Source: Octopus sinensis
Lineage: Eukaryota
Assembly (NCBI RefSeq): GCF_006345805.1
Contig: NW_021836137.1
Span: 1 to 64,000 of the forward strand
DNA: 64,000 bases
Reading direction: 5' to 3'
In this document: positions 26,309 to 39,840 of the stretch, piece by piece
Layout: the number at the start of each line of letters is the position of its first letter
Position numbering within the stretch: the stretch's first letter is position 1
Made by a program: the position numbers and the translations under genes
The notes under the pieces: model-generated
Databases searched by the model: none
Seen by the model: the letters and a program-made list of their open reading frames with translations, nothing else
What the model was told of the DNA's origin: nothing

Positions 26309-28519
26309 AGTGCAGGAATGGTAGTGGAGGTTAAGAATTTCACTTTGCAATCACATAGTCTCATGTTTCAGAGCTACTTCAAAACAACTTGGGCAAATGT
26401 CTTCCACTATAGCCTCCAGCCAATTGATGCTTTGTGAGTGATGTTGGTAAAAGGAAACTGTATAAATTATACATCGGCAAAAGATGTAAACATTGATGAG
26501 AAAACCAATAAACCAATGCACTCAAACAAAAACACTCCATGTTATCTATTTCACACAAGTTGTATTACATGTTCCCTTGTCAGTGTGACCATTGTAAATG
26601 CACTGAATTAGTGAGTGACCCCTTAGAGATTTGTAGCTGCTTCTTCTGTTGATTTACATCTGACAAACTATTTCCCAAAGCCAATAATATCTGGTGTTGC
26701 TGTTCCTCACGTGAATATTATGATTGTTGGATTGTACTCTCCCATTTGCCCTTAAAGTGCAAGGAGCTCCAAGAAAATTTGCTCATCATTAGCAGGTATT
26801 GTTACTAGCTTCAAGAAGCCTGGTGGACACCAGTATCAGTTAATAAACCAACTGCAATATTTGACCAATACAGTGGTTTATTGTCCTCAAATGAATGCAA
26901 GGCAAATTCAGCCTTGGTGAATTTCCAGCTCAGAATATAAAGGTTGAAACAAAATACAGAAAGACATTTTGTCCACAAAAATGTGACAACCGATAAAGAA
27001 AAATGATATTCGTCAATAACTCATAATTAGTAATTTTTTTCTAAAGATCACTTCACCACCTGAAAACTTAACTAATGTTTTTTGGGTTTTTTTTTTTTTT
27101 TCAGTTTCACACATGGTGAAACACACAGACATTAGATGTAGAACATTCATGTTGTCAGTACTTCAATGTTCCACACATTAAATATATTCACTCTAACCCC
27201 CTTTTTTTCTATATATATCCTTTCACTTGCTTCAGTCATTGGACTGTGGCCAAGCTGAGACACTACTTTAAAAGGTGTAACCAATCAAATCACTTCAAGT
27301 ACTAATATTAAACATGGTATTCATTCTATCATTATTCTTTTGCTAAACCACAAACAGGGATGCAAACAAACCAGCAGTGGTTGCATACAGTGAGAAAAGT
27401 AAAGTGCATGTGCGTGTGCACACACACACACACTATAGGTTTCTATAAAGTTGCCAAATGGTTTGAAATTTTCATGCAATCTTTAGGTGTATTCAACTAA
27501 ATAAATACTCTACTCAAGATTTTAATATATTGACTTCATCATTGAGTGAAGAAAGAATCTTCTAGATCCCTGTATTAAGGTAATCTTGTGTGAATGTGTG
27601 TATGCATGCATGAGTAAGTATATATATATAAAATAATGCATACCTGCAAAAGAAGTCTACAAAAATAATCATTATTTTATATTGATTTTTTTAGAGATTA
27701 TTTGATGAGGACAGCTTTGGAGTCATTATTTTTGTTGATTTTTTTTTGTGATTTCCTACAATGGTTTTGTGCAATTTGATTTTTATCAAATTTTCTTTTA
27801 ATCTTGAGTAACCAAACATTTAGAAATGATTTAGTGTTTGTAGTTGAAAGTCAAATTTACAGAGTGGAATGTCTATCTATAGTTCATTTTGTCCATCACA
27901 AATGTAATACTGATTTAATTTCAAATGAATTCCTAGCATCTGTACACCCGTGCACATGTGTGTGTGTGTATGTAATAGAAAACAGTTATCTAGTTCTTGC
28001 TTGAAATGATACATATTCCTCATAGTGGATGAATTAAACACATTCTTTTACAGATTAATTATGGTCAAAACTGTCCTTTTCCAGATTTTACCTATCTACA
28101 AAGGAATCCAGTGTACAAAAAAAAAAGCAAAAGAGTAATGATGGCTAGTCTTGTGACAAGCAATAATAGTAGAGTATCATGGTAAGCTTATAACTTAAAC
28201 AAAATGTGTGCAATGAATTTATGGAAATGTTTTATTCCATGTAAATTTCTAACTCAATCATCTGCCAGTCATTTTTAATTTAGAGTGTAAAGGTCTTTTG
28301 TAAATATATAAGATATATACATTTTCTGTTTTTTTCGTAAAGATTGCAAAATCTCTTAAATCCTGAAATTGTTTCCTCCCAAACGTCAACCATTTCAAAA
28401 GCAGCAGTAATATCATTGTGCATGTTCATATACACATGTATGAAGAATAAGTGAAAGAATTGAAAAACGCATAAATATATAAACCATTATTATCAGGTGC
28501 TGCCTTCAATAATGCTTAT

Positions 28520-28584
<65 letters not shown>

Positions 28585-29689
28585 GTGTATTTCTTCCATG
28601 AGAATTTAAAAAAAGCATTCAACATAAATTTTTATTTTAAACATTGACACACAAGTACATATATACTTAGATACATACATACAATCCAATACAAAAACAA
28701 AAACAAATATATCCAAAGCAACAATATAATTGATGTTGATAAGATAAAGCAAGAAAATAGGTACCTATCAATAAATAGAGAAAAAAAGTTATAGAAAAAG
28801 AAAGTGGGGTAAGAGCAATTTTTAATCAAAGTTTTCAATATGTCTACGTGTGTGCTTATGTGTGCATAGACACACAAAGTGACACATGAGCACATACACA
28901 AACACAGGCATATCCCTTCAACATATAATTATAAATAATAAAGATTGAAAAGGAAACATCAGAATGTAGATTATCAACTATAAATCATTTTCAAAAGAAG
29001 GTTATTTCTAACATAAAAATTCGGAGGTGAGAAAGAATAGAGAAGAAAATCATAAATCATTCAGGCAAACAATTTCTTTCAATTATTTTCTCACTCTCTT
29101 TTTTTTTTCTTCATTTTATTAAATACATTTGATGCATTTACTTTTCAAAAATACACCAAAGATGAATTTGGAATAAATCTACATTTTATAAACCTTCATT
29201 CTAGCCATTCAAAAAAAAAAAAAAAAATGAATAAAAGTTGTCAGAAAAACATTGTAAAACTATTTCACCAGGAATTGTAACATTTTCTTCTACCTTTGTT
29301 ATATATATATATATTCAGAAGCGTGCACGTGTGTGTGTGTATGTGCTAATAATTTTTCTATTATAATATTTTTGATAGCAGAAAGCAACTCAATAAAATA
29401 TGCACCAAACTTTGAAAAGTTGAGCTGACCTAAAAATATATTCAAAGAAATATACAGTTAACAACTGGATAAAAATTATCAATATTGAACAAAGAAAATA
29501 ATTAATAGCTTGTTTTAAATAGTTATTAAATAATAAATATAGAAGAGGTTACTAAGCTAAATGATTTTATTTTGTTCCTGAGCAATTTTTGTTTTTACAT
29601 CTTTTAGATTAATTTTCATCCTTCTTTTGATACAAGTGTATATTTATTACATAATTAATTAATTAGAGGAAGAAGGGCAGCACCTAGAC

Positions 29690-30185
29690 TGTTGAGATCA
29701 ATGTGATTAATATACAGTTTGAACTCTTGTGGGTTAATGCCAGCTTAAAAGTCATGGAAATGAGGGCAGTTCTGAACAGCTGCATCTCTGGGGAGGAATA
29801 CTTGAGCAAAGTGCTTAGTGCAGATTCCAGGAGGAGGAATGGAAAACTGTAGGATGATGCAAAGAGAATTGGATGCATCCAGCAGGTCAGAAGAGAGGTC
29901 ATACATTTGGTAGGTTCAGAAAAACATAAATTACTATTAGAAAAGGAGATTGAAAGAAGAACCAAAGCATCTGTGAATTAGTGGTTGCGGCATGTCCTTT
30001 GACCTTTTAGATTGCATGTAATAGTAATTCTTTCCATAATAAAGCAGGAAAATTAAAATAATCATGCTTCTAAGTTTTCTGATGCACTGCATACTCCTGT
30101 GTCACAGTGACTACTTCAGTCACTGTCCAGTGTAACCGGGCCCCCACCTCCTCTACTAGTCTTGTCTTTACAGACCCAACATTAG
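29690..30185 (-). mobile_element. Highly degenerate LINE remnant (APE endonuclease-like)
   Basis: Minus-strand KDKTSRGGGG resembles the APE motif R.DR..RGGGV; region is GC-enriched relative to its flanks. Confidence 0.3.
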
Positions 30186-30259
30186 CACTCCCTCTGTTTA
30201 TCAACCTATCTATCCCTTTCTACACACACACACAAACAAACACTCATATATATGCAAAA

Positions 30260-30490
30260 GGCAGCGAACTGGTAGAAACGTTAGCATGCCGGGCGAAATG
30301 CGTAGCCATATTTCGTCTGCCGTTACGTTCTAAGTTCAAATTCTGCCGAGGTCGACTTTACCTTTCATCCTTTCGGGGTCGATAAATCAAGTACCAGTTA
30401 CGCACTGGGGTCGATGTAATCGACTTAATCCGTTTGTCTGTCCTTGTTTGTCCCCTCTATGTTTAGCCCCTTGTGGGTAGTAAAGAAATA
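30260..30490 (+). mobile_element. SINE family B, near full length
   Basis: ggcagcgaactggtagaaacgttagc...aagttcaaattc (A/B-box-like), central cctttcatcctttcggggtcgataaatcaagtaccag, tail gtagtaaagaaata. Confidence 0.9.
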
Positions 30491-31611
30491 TATATGAAAC
30501 AACTCTTATCCATAGAACTCAAAATAAATAAAACGAGTGATTACAATACTCTGCTTTTGCTTACATGCACAGAGCAATAAATAATAAACATGATAGATGG
30601 GACTTTTTGGTCCTTCCAGGGGTAATCTCTCTAGCATTGACACTATGCAATAAAATGCATCCAATCTCTATTATAAAGTGGTTAGATGTTATTTTTAAGT
30701 GTTCTTTATAAAGAGCCTCTCTCTAGAACAAGGGACATGGCAAAATGTGCTCAGTATGTGATAGTTTGTGATAAGAAAACTATCCAGTAGTAAAAATAAT
30801 GAAGGAAGAAACATTTAGGTATGACATCTAATATGTGAGGTTTCAACAATCTTATTGTAGATGAATTCTCAACTGCAATACAGTATGTCCAGCCTAGATG
30901 GCAAGTGTTGAAATGCTGTGAGAGTCATCCAACCCATGCCAGCATAGAAAATCAGATGTAAAATGATAAGTTAACAGTATTCCAATGTCACATGTGAAAT
31001 GCACATCTGAAAGTGTGCGCAAAATAGAAGAACTTGCACATGTAGAGAGATAGAAACAGTTATTGCAGAAATTGTGCAAGCAAATAGGAAACCCATAAGA
31101 ATAAAACTATAAACCATAAATACTCAACACTATCTCTATAAATGTTACACACACAAAAATTGCATTAATAAAGGAAAATAATATTTATCAATGCACCTGA
31201 TAGATACAGAAACAACTCTAAGCCTCTAATTCTAAAGTAGAATTTAAAATCAACAAAGCTCTTTTAAACAACACTCAAACAGCACAAACATCATCTACTA
31301 CCCACACATTAGTCCACAAGTGAGCCTCTAGAGAATTGCTTGATCTGCTACATATACCAGCCAAATGTCCCGCAAATCATCTATAACAAAAGAAGATATG
31401 ATAATCTCATGTGAGGAATTCCATCCCTAATAATAAGACAATAGAGGGCCATGACCTTTTCTCTATGATATGACTTTGTAAATGAACAATCTGGTATGTT
31501 TATTTTAATAGCCTACCAATGTATACAGTGCGTTTATCTGCCCTAGGTGTCAGACAAACACTCAGCAAGAAATGGAAAATGATAATGAGAATAATAATGA
31601 TAATAATAGTG

Positions 31612-31817
31612 GTTTCAAATTTTGGCACAAGGCCAACAATTGCAGGGTGCAAGTTGATTACATTAATCCCATTGCTCAATAGGTACTTATTTTTTTGACC
31701 CTGACTGGCTGAAAGGCAACATCAACCTCAGTGGAATTTGAACTGCAAATGTAAAATCGGATGAAATGTTGCTAAGCATTTCACCCAGTGTGCTAGCAAT
31801 TCATTAAGCTGGCCATA
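31612..31817 (-). mobile_element. Degenerate SINE family B
   Basis: aattttggcacaagg...gtggaatttgaact...gctaagcatttcacccagtgtgctagc. Confidence 0.65.
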
Positions 31818-31850
31818 ACAATAATAATAGTAGTAGTAGTAGTAATAATA

Positions 31851-32068
31851 ATAGTAATTGGTGCACTTGGAAGTATCAACACTCAGTTAACAACATGGCT
31901 GAAAAAGATTGGTGCAAGTGAGAAGGTAGAACACCTACAAAAGTCAGCATTGCTTGGAACTGCAAGGATTTTTTGCAGAGTTCTTGATACATGACCAGTA
32001 AACGAGTGTCACCTTATTCTGCTGGCTGTGGACAGCTGACACTTTCCATCATACCCAGTAAAATAAGC
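31851..32068 (+). mobile_element. R4/Dong-type non-LTR retrotransposon 3' end
   Basis: IVIGALGSINTQLTTWLKKIGASEKVEHLQKSALLGTARIFCRVLDT* (stop 31992-94) is the typical C-terminus after the REL endonuclease; starts inside a (TAA/TAG)n tract. Confidence 0.85.
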
Positions 32069-32358
32069 TAGCACCATCCAATCATGGCCGTTACCAGCCT
32101 CGCCTGGCCCCCGTGCCGGTGGCACGTAAAAAGCACCATCCAACCATGGCCGTTTGCCAGACCCATCTGGCACGTAAAAAGCACCCACTACACTCACGGA
32201 GTGGTTGGCGTTAGGAAGGGCATCCAGGCGTAGAAACATTGCCAGATCAGACTGGGCCTGGTGCAGCCTTCTGGCTTCCCAGACCCCAGTTGAACCGTCC
32301 AACCCATGCTAGCATGGAAAACGGACGCTAAATGATGATGATGATGATGATGATGATG
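32069..32358 (+). mobile_element. RTE 3' end fragment with (GAT)n tail
   Basis: Family sequence with about 3 internal units, ending gctaaatgatgatgatg. Confidence 0.85.
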
Positions 32359-33064
32359 AATAACAACAACACCACCTGGACCTGCAAAGAGAGATAAGCA
32401 GACTGTGGGGTTCCAGAAAAAAATCATGAATCAAGAAAAGATTGGAAAAGCTAAAAGAATAAGGATTCAACCATAGATATAAAATATGGAAAGAATGAGG
32501 GGTGGAGAAGGATGATGGTATGTGGAAAAGAAATGCGTGCATTTATATTTACAGTATTTATAAATGCACAGACAGAAATAAACACAAACGCCCATACACT
32601 CTCAAAGATGTCTGCCAATATACAATGGGAGTGAAGGGAAAACGAATTGCATTCAAAATTTTAAAAGGCTGCACACTAGAATATACAATTATGTAGTTTC
32701 ATATTATTTGGTTCAAGATGAAACTATAAAAATTAGTCTGAAGATATTTCAGAAGCCTGAATTTAACTGGAAGATTCACTTAGATAAAAGAGGCCTTGGT
32801 AATGAAAATGTTGGGAAGTATACAGCTAGGATCATAAAAAGGTATTACTGAAATAGATGCATTGAGAAAGATATGAGAGAAAAAGGTAATAAGCGTAGAG
32901 GGTAGACAAAGTGTGAAGGAATCTCAGGTAGAGGCTTGGATTAACAAGAAGCCTGTAAAATCATCAACAAAATCTAAACTAATATCTCTTCCCAAAACAA
33001 GGAATACATTGCAAATAATGCAAACATGATTTGGGAACCAGTCAGCTGTGTTAAGCAAAATAAA

Positions 33065-33165
33065 AATATCATTCCAGGTAACTTTAAGGTTTCCGAAATA
33101 AATATATCATTCCAGATGGCTTTAAGGTTTCTAAAATAAGTATATAATTCCAGTAGAGTTAAGTT
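33065..33165. repeat. ~37-bp minisatellite, about 2.5 copies
   Basis: atatcattccag(gtaa/atgg)ctttaaggtttc.aaataa repeated. Confidence 0.7.
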
Positions 33166-35639
33166 TTACTTGTAGATACTTAGTTACTTGTATCTATATT
33201 ATCTGCATAAACTATATTCAATTTACAGATGGTAATGGCATTTATGGAATGACCTGGCAGGTTAAAAACGTCTGGCTAGAGGCTTTGAAACATCATAATT
33301 GTTGTTTCTTAGGTACATGCCACAAAGATGATTTCGCCTTCAACTAGTTTCACCAATATATGGTATATTACAATGTACAATAAAATATTGTTGGAAATCT
33401 AGTTCAGGTGGTCACTGATTATAAAAGTGTTCTTCACATCAGCTACATTGACAGTGTTAGCAATGTAGGACAAATGTTAAGATACATGCATAAGAATATT
33501 TCAGTGCTTCAGGTTATGCATCTGTGGATGCTAAAATATCACTGACAAGGAAGTTATGTACATTTTTGTTTGTCTTAAAAGTGTGCCAAGGAGGTTTGCA
33601 ATAGATATGAGTGCTTATGGATGGTCTGACTGATGTAGACATTAAGTGCTCTTAAGAAAACTTTCGAGTCAGATTATTGATTTTTATATGTATGGACTAT
33701 TTTGATATGGAAGTATGGGTTCATAGTTTCTGAGAATTTGAAATATATTTAAAATGTTAGAGAATTTATGCATAGATCTCTTGATAAAATCAACAACTGA
33801 AGCATAAAATTGAAGACAGTGTGGGAGTCAGTATTTTGCTTACATGAATATCTTGAGTCACAAAGTTATGCAGTAATGCAGCTTTTATTCACCTACATCC
33901 TCAACTACCATATTTAGCTAATTTTGAGCATGAAATAAATAAAATAAAACTCTTAAAAATTATTTTGAATTTGCACATAAAACAGAAAAAAAAAAAACTA
34001 GATGTGATTATATATTTTAGTTATATATATATATATATTCATGTATACAACTGCAAATATAAATAAAATATCAACAAGGGAATAACATCAAATAGTAAAC
34101 AAAGTATGATAAATAAATGAAAAACATATATAATCTCAAAAAGGCAATGAGAACTAAGATAAAATAGTACCATGGTAAAAACATTAAGATGTAAGAGCAA
34201 CAAAAACAATTGAAAATATAATTAATAAAAATATGATTAAAAAATAAATAGTAATTACTTTCTTTGATTAATGTTGGAGCTAAATGTTTATTTTTTTTAA
34301 AGATATGCTTGTCATTTCACAAGTTTATATTTCATACCATATGTTCATGACAATACCACAATCTAGTTATTAAAATGAAGTGTAGAAACTAGAAACAGAA
34401 AAAAGTGCTTAGCAAAATAAACAGTTGCTTCCAAACAAATTAAATGAAAGAAAAATGCAGCGAAAACAAAAAATACCTTGTAAATTTATAAACTAATAAT
34501 ATCAATAATGAAGATACCAATACCTCTAATTATATTTTATAAATATTTCTTTCAAAGTCAGAAAAGGAAGCTCATTAACAAAAACAATTTTTAAAATATT
34601 ACCAAAGTATAAATAGTAAAAGAATAGCTACAAAACGTTCTTTCTTTTTCATTTAAATTAGACTAAACTTAGGTGCTAGACTGAATTGGGGTGGAATGCT
34701 GATTTTGAGTGACAGACTGGATCTATCGCTCACTTGGTCTTTGGGTGCTTTTAGCAGAGTCCACTGTGATGCAAATATTTGGTATCCACAAACTAGGACA
34801 GGTCACTTGTTTGAGGATACCTTCCCCTCTTTCCCTCATAAAGCTTAGAGGCCCTGTAAAGGGTAATAGGCACTATCTTCCCCACTGATTAAAAGACAAA
34901 ATTTTATGAACAAATAAAAGTAAATACATCACCTGAGGTACGTTTTGGCTCCAAAATATACTTCTTGACAAGTAATTGTACTATGAGATCATTTAATTAT
35001 GCTCATAACTCTTAAATTTCATGAATAACTTCAAAACCCCCTTTCTTTTATATTTGGACACTATAGGTTGAATATTTTATTGTATCATATGGAGATAAGT
35101 AAAGATAGAACAAAATACTCAGTCCTAATGGGGAGGTACAATATTGTAATAACGTTTTGACATCCATATTACCCATTCTTATTTAAATTCTCAAATTATT
35201 ACAACTTGTCACTGCCCATTTGTTCAAATAAATATTATGTTGTTTTGAGTATCCTGTACCACAATGCTTTCTTTTCACACAATGCTTTCTTTCCCCTGCC
35301 ACAACTGGACAACCAGTGTTTGCATGTTTATCTCACCATAACTTTGTTTGGCAAAAGACACTGACAAAATAATTACTAGACTACAAAAGGAAAAATAAGT
35401 ATTGGGGGAGATTTGTTGGACTAAACATTTCAAGGTAGTGCACCAGCATGGCAGCAGACCATGACAGAAACAAGAAAAAATAAAGATAAGTGTAAAAAGG
35501 GAAGACTCACATGAATGGGCAAGTGCTAGACTTCAACAAAGACCATTGCCCAAGCTTGCATATACAGAAGCAAATACAGGGTTTATGGCTACCACTATAT
35601 ATATGTGGACATGCATACAAAGGGAAAGAATGGGAAGGA

Positions 35640-36210
35640 ATATTCAGAGTGAAGAAGCAACATTAGAAGAATATCAACTGTGTGGCAAGTACCATATATA
35701 CCATATATAATTCCTAGTTTTCATATACCGAATTCTACCTTTTAGGTGGAATTTGGTATATGGGATAGAACTCGTGGAAGAGGGAGCCTCAAAAAGACAT
35801 GGGAGGAAGTACTGAAGGATGACCTCAGAATGCTGAACCTTTTGGATGAGATAACAAAAGACTGAGATACCTGGTGCCTTTCTGTACTCAGGAAGACCCA
35901 TCCTCCACAGCAGAAGTGTTAAGGTCACATCCCCTGGTGAAGAGGATTGACCTGCATGTGCCAGTGCCATGTAAAAAGCACTTTTGCCAATGCCACATAG
36001 AGAGCACTCATGCCAGTAGCACGTTAAAAGCACCAAGCACACACTGTAAAGTGGCTGGCATTAGGAAAGGTATCCAGCTATAGAAACCAAACCAAATCAA
36101 ACTGGAACCTCATGCAGCTTTCTGGCTTGCCAGCTCCAGTCTAACCAGCCAACCCATGCCAGCATTGAAAACAGACATTAAATGATGATGTCAATGATGA
36201 TGCTGATGAT
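35640..36210 (+). mobile_element. RTE ORF2 C-terminus plus 3' UTR
   Basis: GRGSLKKTWEEVLKDDLRMLNL runs directly into the family 3' UTR and (GAT)n tail. Confidence 0.75.
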
Positions 36211-36571
36211 GGAGATGGAAACTAAGGTTGTAGAAGAAAATATTCTCCCAAACTCTGATTATAAAGCTGGGAAATTAACTTCTTAAACAAATAAGTATTT
36301 TAAGACCTCAAATCTTAATAACAATGTTAAGATAATTCCCTGAGCTGCTGAAGTAAATCAGCACTAGTATATTATCTGATAACAAATGATAATTAACAGG
36401 CAGAAGCTTTTGATGACTTTTGATGTTCACAACTTTATGATATTTTAAAAGTCATCAGAAAGTGTAAAATGAAGTAACCACATAGCCAAATTTATGATTG
36501 TTTCAAAAAATGAAATTTTGAAGAAAATATGAGAACATTTTTGAATGTGAGGAGGAACATAGAATTGTAAA

Positions 36572-36618
<47 letters not shown>

Positions 36619-37394
36619 GAGACAGATAGAGATAAACAGCGAGAGACAAAGAGAGAGAATCTTAATATCATTAGGAAATTTTTCCAGAGCCAGTGAAGAC
36701 GACATAGGTCTCTTGGCAATGAGGGGCATGGCCTTCTGGCAAATGCAGACTGAAACTTAAAACTTCAATGTACAATTGAGAAAAGACGATAATGCAGGCA
36801 CAGAAAGAAAGAAAGTGATGAATTGAGGTATATGACTATTAGTTTCACAATAATCAGGGAAATATGTCATTAGATAAAGTTCTGGAATGTGGGACTTTTA
36901 ACTCTAAAGAAAAATTGTCAGTTAAGTAATTAGCTATCATAAAGTTTCTATTATAACCAACTGGTTACGATCAAGCAACTGACAAGCAAATCTGTGGTAT
37001 TGAGCGGAATATTTGCTGTAATCCATCTTTCATACCAAGACAAGACATGTACAAGATAACTCTTCCACTCAGTTAAGATCAGAAGCCATGAGAGCCAGTG
37101 CTTGGTAGTGCATCAGAGAATTTATTATTATTATTATGACCTCTGCCACAGCGAAGGCGGAGGTATTATTTTCAGTCGTGTTTGTTTGTTTGTCTGTGGA
37201 CAAGATATCTCAAGAACCACTGGATGGATTCGGATGAAACATACAGAGATGTTTGGCCTCATGACTGGCATGAGCTGATCAGATTTGGGGATTGATCCAG
37301 TGCTGGACAAGGATTCTGGATTATTTGTTATATTTACTTTACATGAAGTATTACAATCTGACGTTCACTTTCAAGTCTTTCCCTTGAAAGCATA

Positions 37395-37814
37395 CTCTTT
37401 ACTCTTTTACTCTTTTACTTGTTTCAGTCATTTGACTGTGGCCATGCTGGAGCAACGACTTTAATCGAGCAACTCGACCCCGGGACTTATTCTTTTGTAA
37501 GCCCAGTACTTATTCTATCGGTCTCTTTTGCCGAACCGCTAAGTAACGGGGGACGTAAACACACCAGCATCGGTTGTCAAGCAATACTAGGGGGACAAAC
37601 ACAGACACACACACACACACACACACATACATACATATATACATATATACGACAGGCTTCTTTCAGTTTCCATCTACCAAATCCACTCACAAGGCATTGG
37701 TCGGCTCGGGGCCAGAGCAGAAGACACTTGCCCAAGATGCCACGCAGTGGGACTGAACCCGGAACCATGTGGTTGGTTAGCAAGCTACTTACCACACAGC
37801 CACTCCTGCGCCTA
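37395..37814 (-). mobile_element. SINE family C nested in the HINE
   Basis: Near-identical to 4880-5284. Confidence 0.9.
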
Positions 37815-38131
37815 TAGTTTCTACATAAGTTATGGTGGCATTGCTGTTTCCAAAGTTTTATTTTCGTTTATCAATTTTACTCGCATCTCTATCTTAGTAG
37901 AAACTGATGGATAAAGAAATCAAACTACATAACCAAACTATATAAACAAATGGCAGCAAAACTGTTCGGAAATTAAATAACACTAACATATTCAGTAACA
38001 ATAATAAATTTAATTTATTCTCGACAATTTCTAGGTTTACCAATTTTGAATATATCGCTGCTGTTTAAAACCTCTTACCTAATTGATAATTGCATTTCTA
38101 ACTCTGCCTTGAAGGAAGCTTTACCTCTTAA

Positions 38132-38284
38132 ACTCACATTTTTGTGTGCGACGATGTTGGTAAACCGCTGTTAACAGCAACGTTTGCTGGTCCTTTCCGT
38201 TTTCTTTCATTCACGGACAAATTTTTCACTAGAGACCTTAATGGTTGTAAAGACACTATATCAGCGGATAGACTAAAAAATGCC
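38132..38284 (+). pseudogene. Gypsy/Ty3 integrase C-terminal (GPY/F) fragment
   Basis: THIFVCDDVGKPLLTATFAGPFRFLSFTDKFFTRDLNGCKDTISADRLKNA resembles THVFVR.D....PL.P.Y.GPF.V..R.DK.F....NG..DTVS.DRLKPA. Confidence 0.75.
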
Positions 38285-38592
38285 ATCATAGAGAAAACTG
38301 TCCCTGTTCCCACTGCAGACAACACACACACACTGCATTACAAACATGGCCTGTACACCCACCTTCACATTCCATGACTACCATTGCAATCGATCAGGTA
38401 CTGGACAAGGAATTTGGATTATTTTTCCTTTTTTTTTTAACTTTTCAGAGCGGTCAGGTTTATTTTTAGTATTCTCGTTTGTGAGAGCATTTGAGTTTAT
38501 TTCAGATATTCTTATTTTAAAAATCATCTCTGGCTAATCGGTGAGAGGACACTGATATTGCTTTGGCAGAGGTTTGCGCTCTCAGAGTGCTC

Positions 38593-38633
<41 letters not shown>

Positions 38634-38635
38634 TG

Positions 38636-39128
38636 ATGAAAAACTCTCAGCTTATTTTGCTGGGTATAATTGAAAGTGTCAACTGCCCACAGTCAGCAGG
38701 CTAACGTGACACTTGTTTACTGATGAAGCTTCAAGAACTCTGCACAAAACACTCGTAGTGCCAAACAATGTTGATTTTTGTAGGTGCTGTATCTTCAAAT
38801 TTGTACCAATCTTTTTGAGACACATTAGAAGTTGAGTGCTGATACTTCCAAGCACACCAATTACTATTGCTAACACATTCACTCTTTATTGCCTATAACC
38901 TGCATCTTTCCCATTTCAATTTATCATAGCTGTTCTTTCTTCTTTCTCTTCAATCCTATTGTCACCAGGACATGCTATGTCAATTGTTAGTCATGTTTCT
39001 TCTTTTCTGTTCACCACAACAATGTCAGGTTTTCAATGTCTAATCTGATGGTCACACTGAATCATTGCATCCCACATGATTTTTCAATCTTTATTTTCAA
39101 TCCTGCATCTTTGATCTTTCCAGGCCAT
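38636..39128 (-). mobile_element. R4/Dong-type non-LTR retrotransposon, 5'-truncated (REL endonuclease region)
   Basis: Frameshifted KIMWDAMIQCDHQIRH.KPDIVVVNRKER / LTIDIACPGDNRIEEK / VLAIVIGVLGS..LQKSTLFGTTSVLCRVLE (PD..D REL motif); flanked by (TAA)n on both sides. Confidence 0.85.
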
Positions 39129-39214
<86 letters not shown>

Positions 39215-39228
39215 TATTATTATTATTA
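39128..39228. repeat. (CAT)n(TAT)n microsatellite
   Basis: Direct reading. Confidence 0.95.
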
Positions 39229-39232
39229 CAGA

Positions 39233-39440
39233 AGGTGGCCAGCTAGCAGGATCATTACTGTGCCAAACAAAATGCTTAGTAGCATTTCTGATGACTTTAC
39301 ATTCTGGGTTCAAATGTTGCTGGGGTCAACTTTGCTTTGCATCTTTTTGAGGTTGATAAAATAAGTATCAGTTGCATACTGGAGTTAGTGTAATTTACTA
39401 AGCCTCTCCCAGCATAATGCCAGGCCTTGTACCTACAGTA
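39233..39440 (+). mobile_element. Degenerate SINE family B
   Basis: ggtggccagctagcagga...gggttcaaatgttgctggggtcaactttgctttgcatc. Confidence 0.65.
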
Positions 39441-39599
39441 GGTGTTACTGTTGCTGCTGCTGCTACTGCTGGGATTGACATTTGCTACATTTCCTTTCCA
39501 TCTTATTTCAGAATGATTTGTAGAAAGAAATAACAAAATATTAATGTTTGTATGGTGTAAGCTGTCTTAGAGCGAGCTATGAAAGAATATATAATTAAT

Positions 39600-39840
39600 A
39601 TTTTCTTTTACTTATTTTAATCATTATACTGCAGCCATGTGAGGCAATGCCTTGAAGAATTTTAACCGGATGAATCAACCCCCAAGTTTTTTTTTTTTTT
39701 TTTAAGCCTGGTACTCATTCTATTGATCTCTTTTGCTGAACCACTATCTTACAGGAAGAAATACATCAACACTGGTTGTCAAACAGAAGTGGAGAACAAA
39801 CACAGCCACAAAGACACACACACACAATAGGCTTCTTTAT
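39600..39840 (-). mobile_element. Degenerate SINE family C (3' half)
   Basis: aatcattatactgcagccatg...ggtactcattctattgatctcttttgctgaacc. Confidence 0.6.

Larger units (their letters stand above)
37135..38594 (+). mobile_element. Helentron-type non-autonomous element (HINE/DINE-1-like) with nested sequences
   Basis: 5' subTIR plus hairpin acctctgcc-acagcgaa-ggcggaggt (37139-64), (GTTT)n, 3' subTIR ggcagaggt (38565-73), 3' stem-loop gcgctc-tca-gagtgc (38576-90). Confidence 0.7.

Noticed and set aside
39036-39350. Poly-His/poly-Tyr ORF (also the poly-Ala/Thr ORFs at 15651-15974)
   Set aside because: Encoded by (CAT)n(TAT)n or (GCT)n(ACT)n microsatellites between TE fragments.
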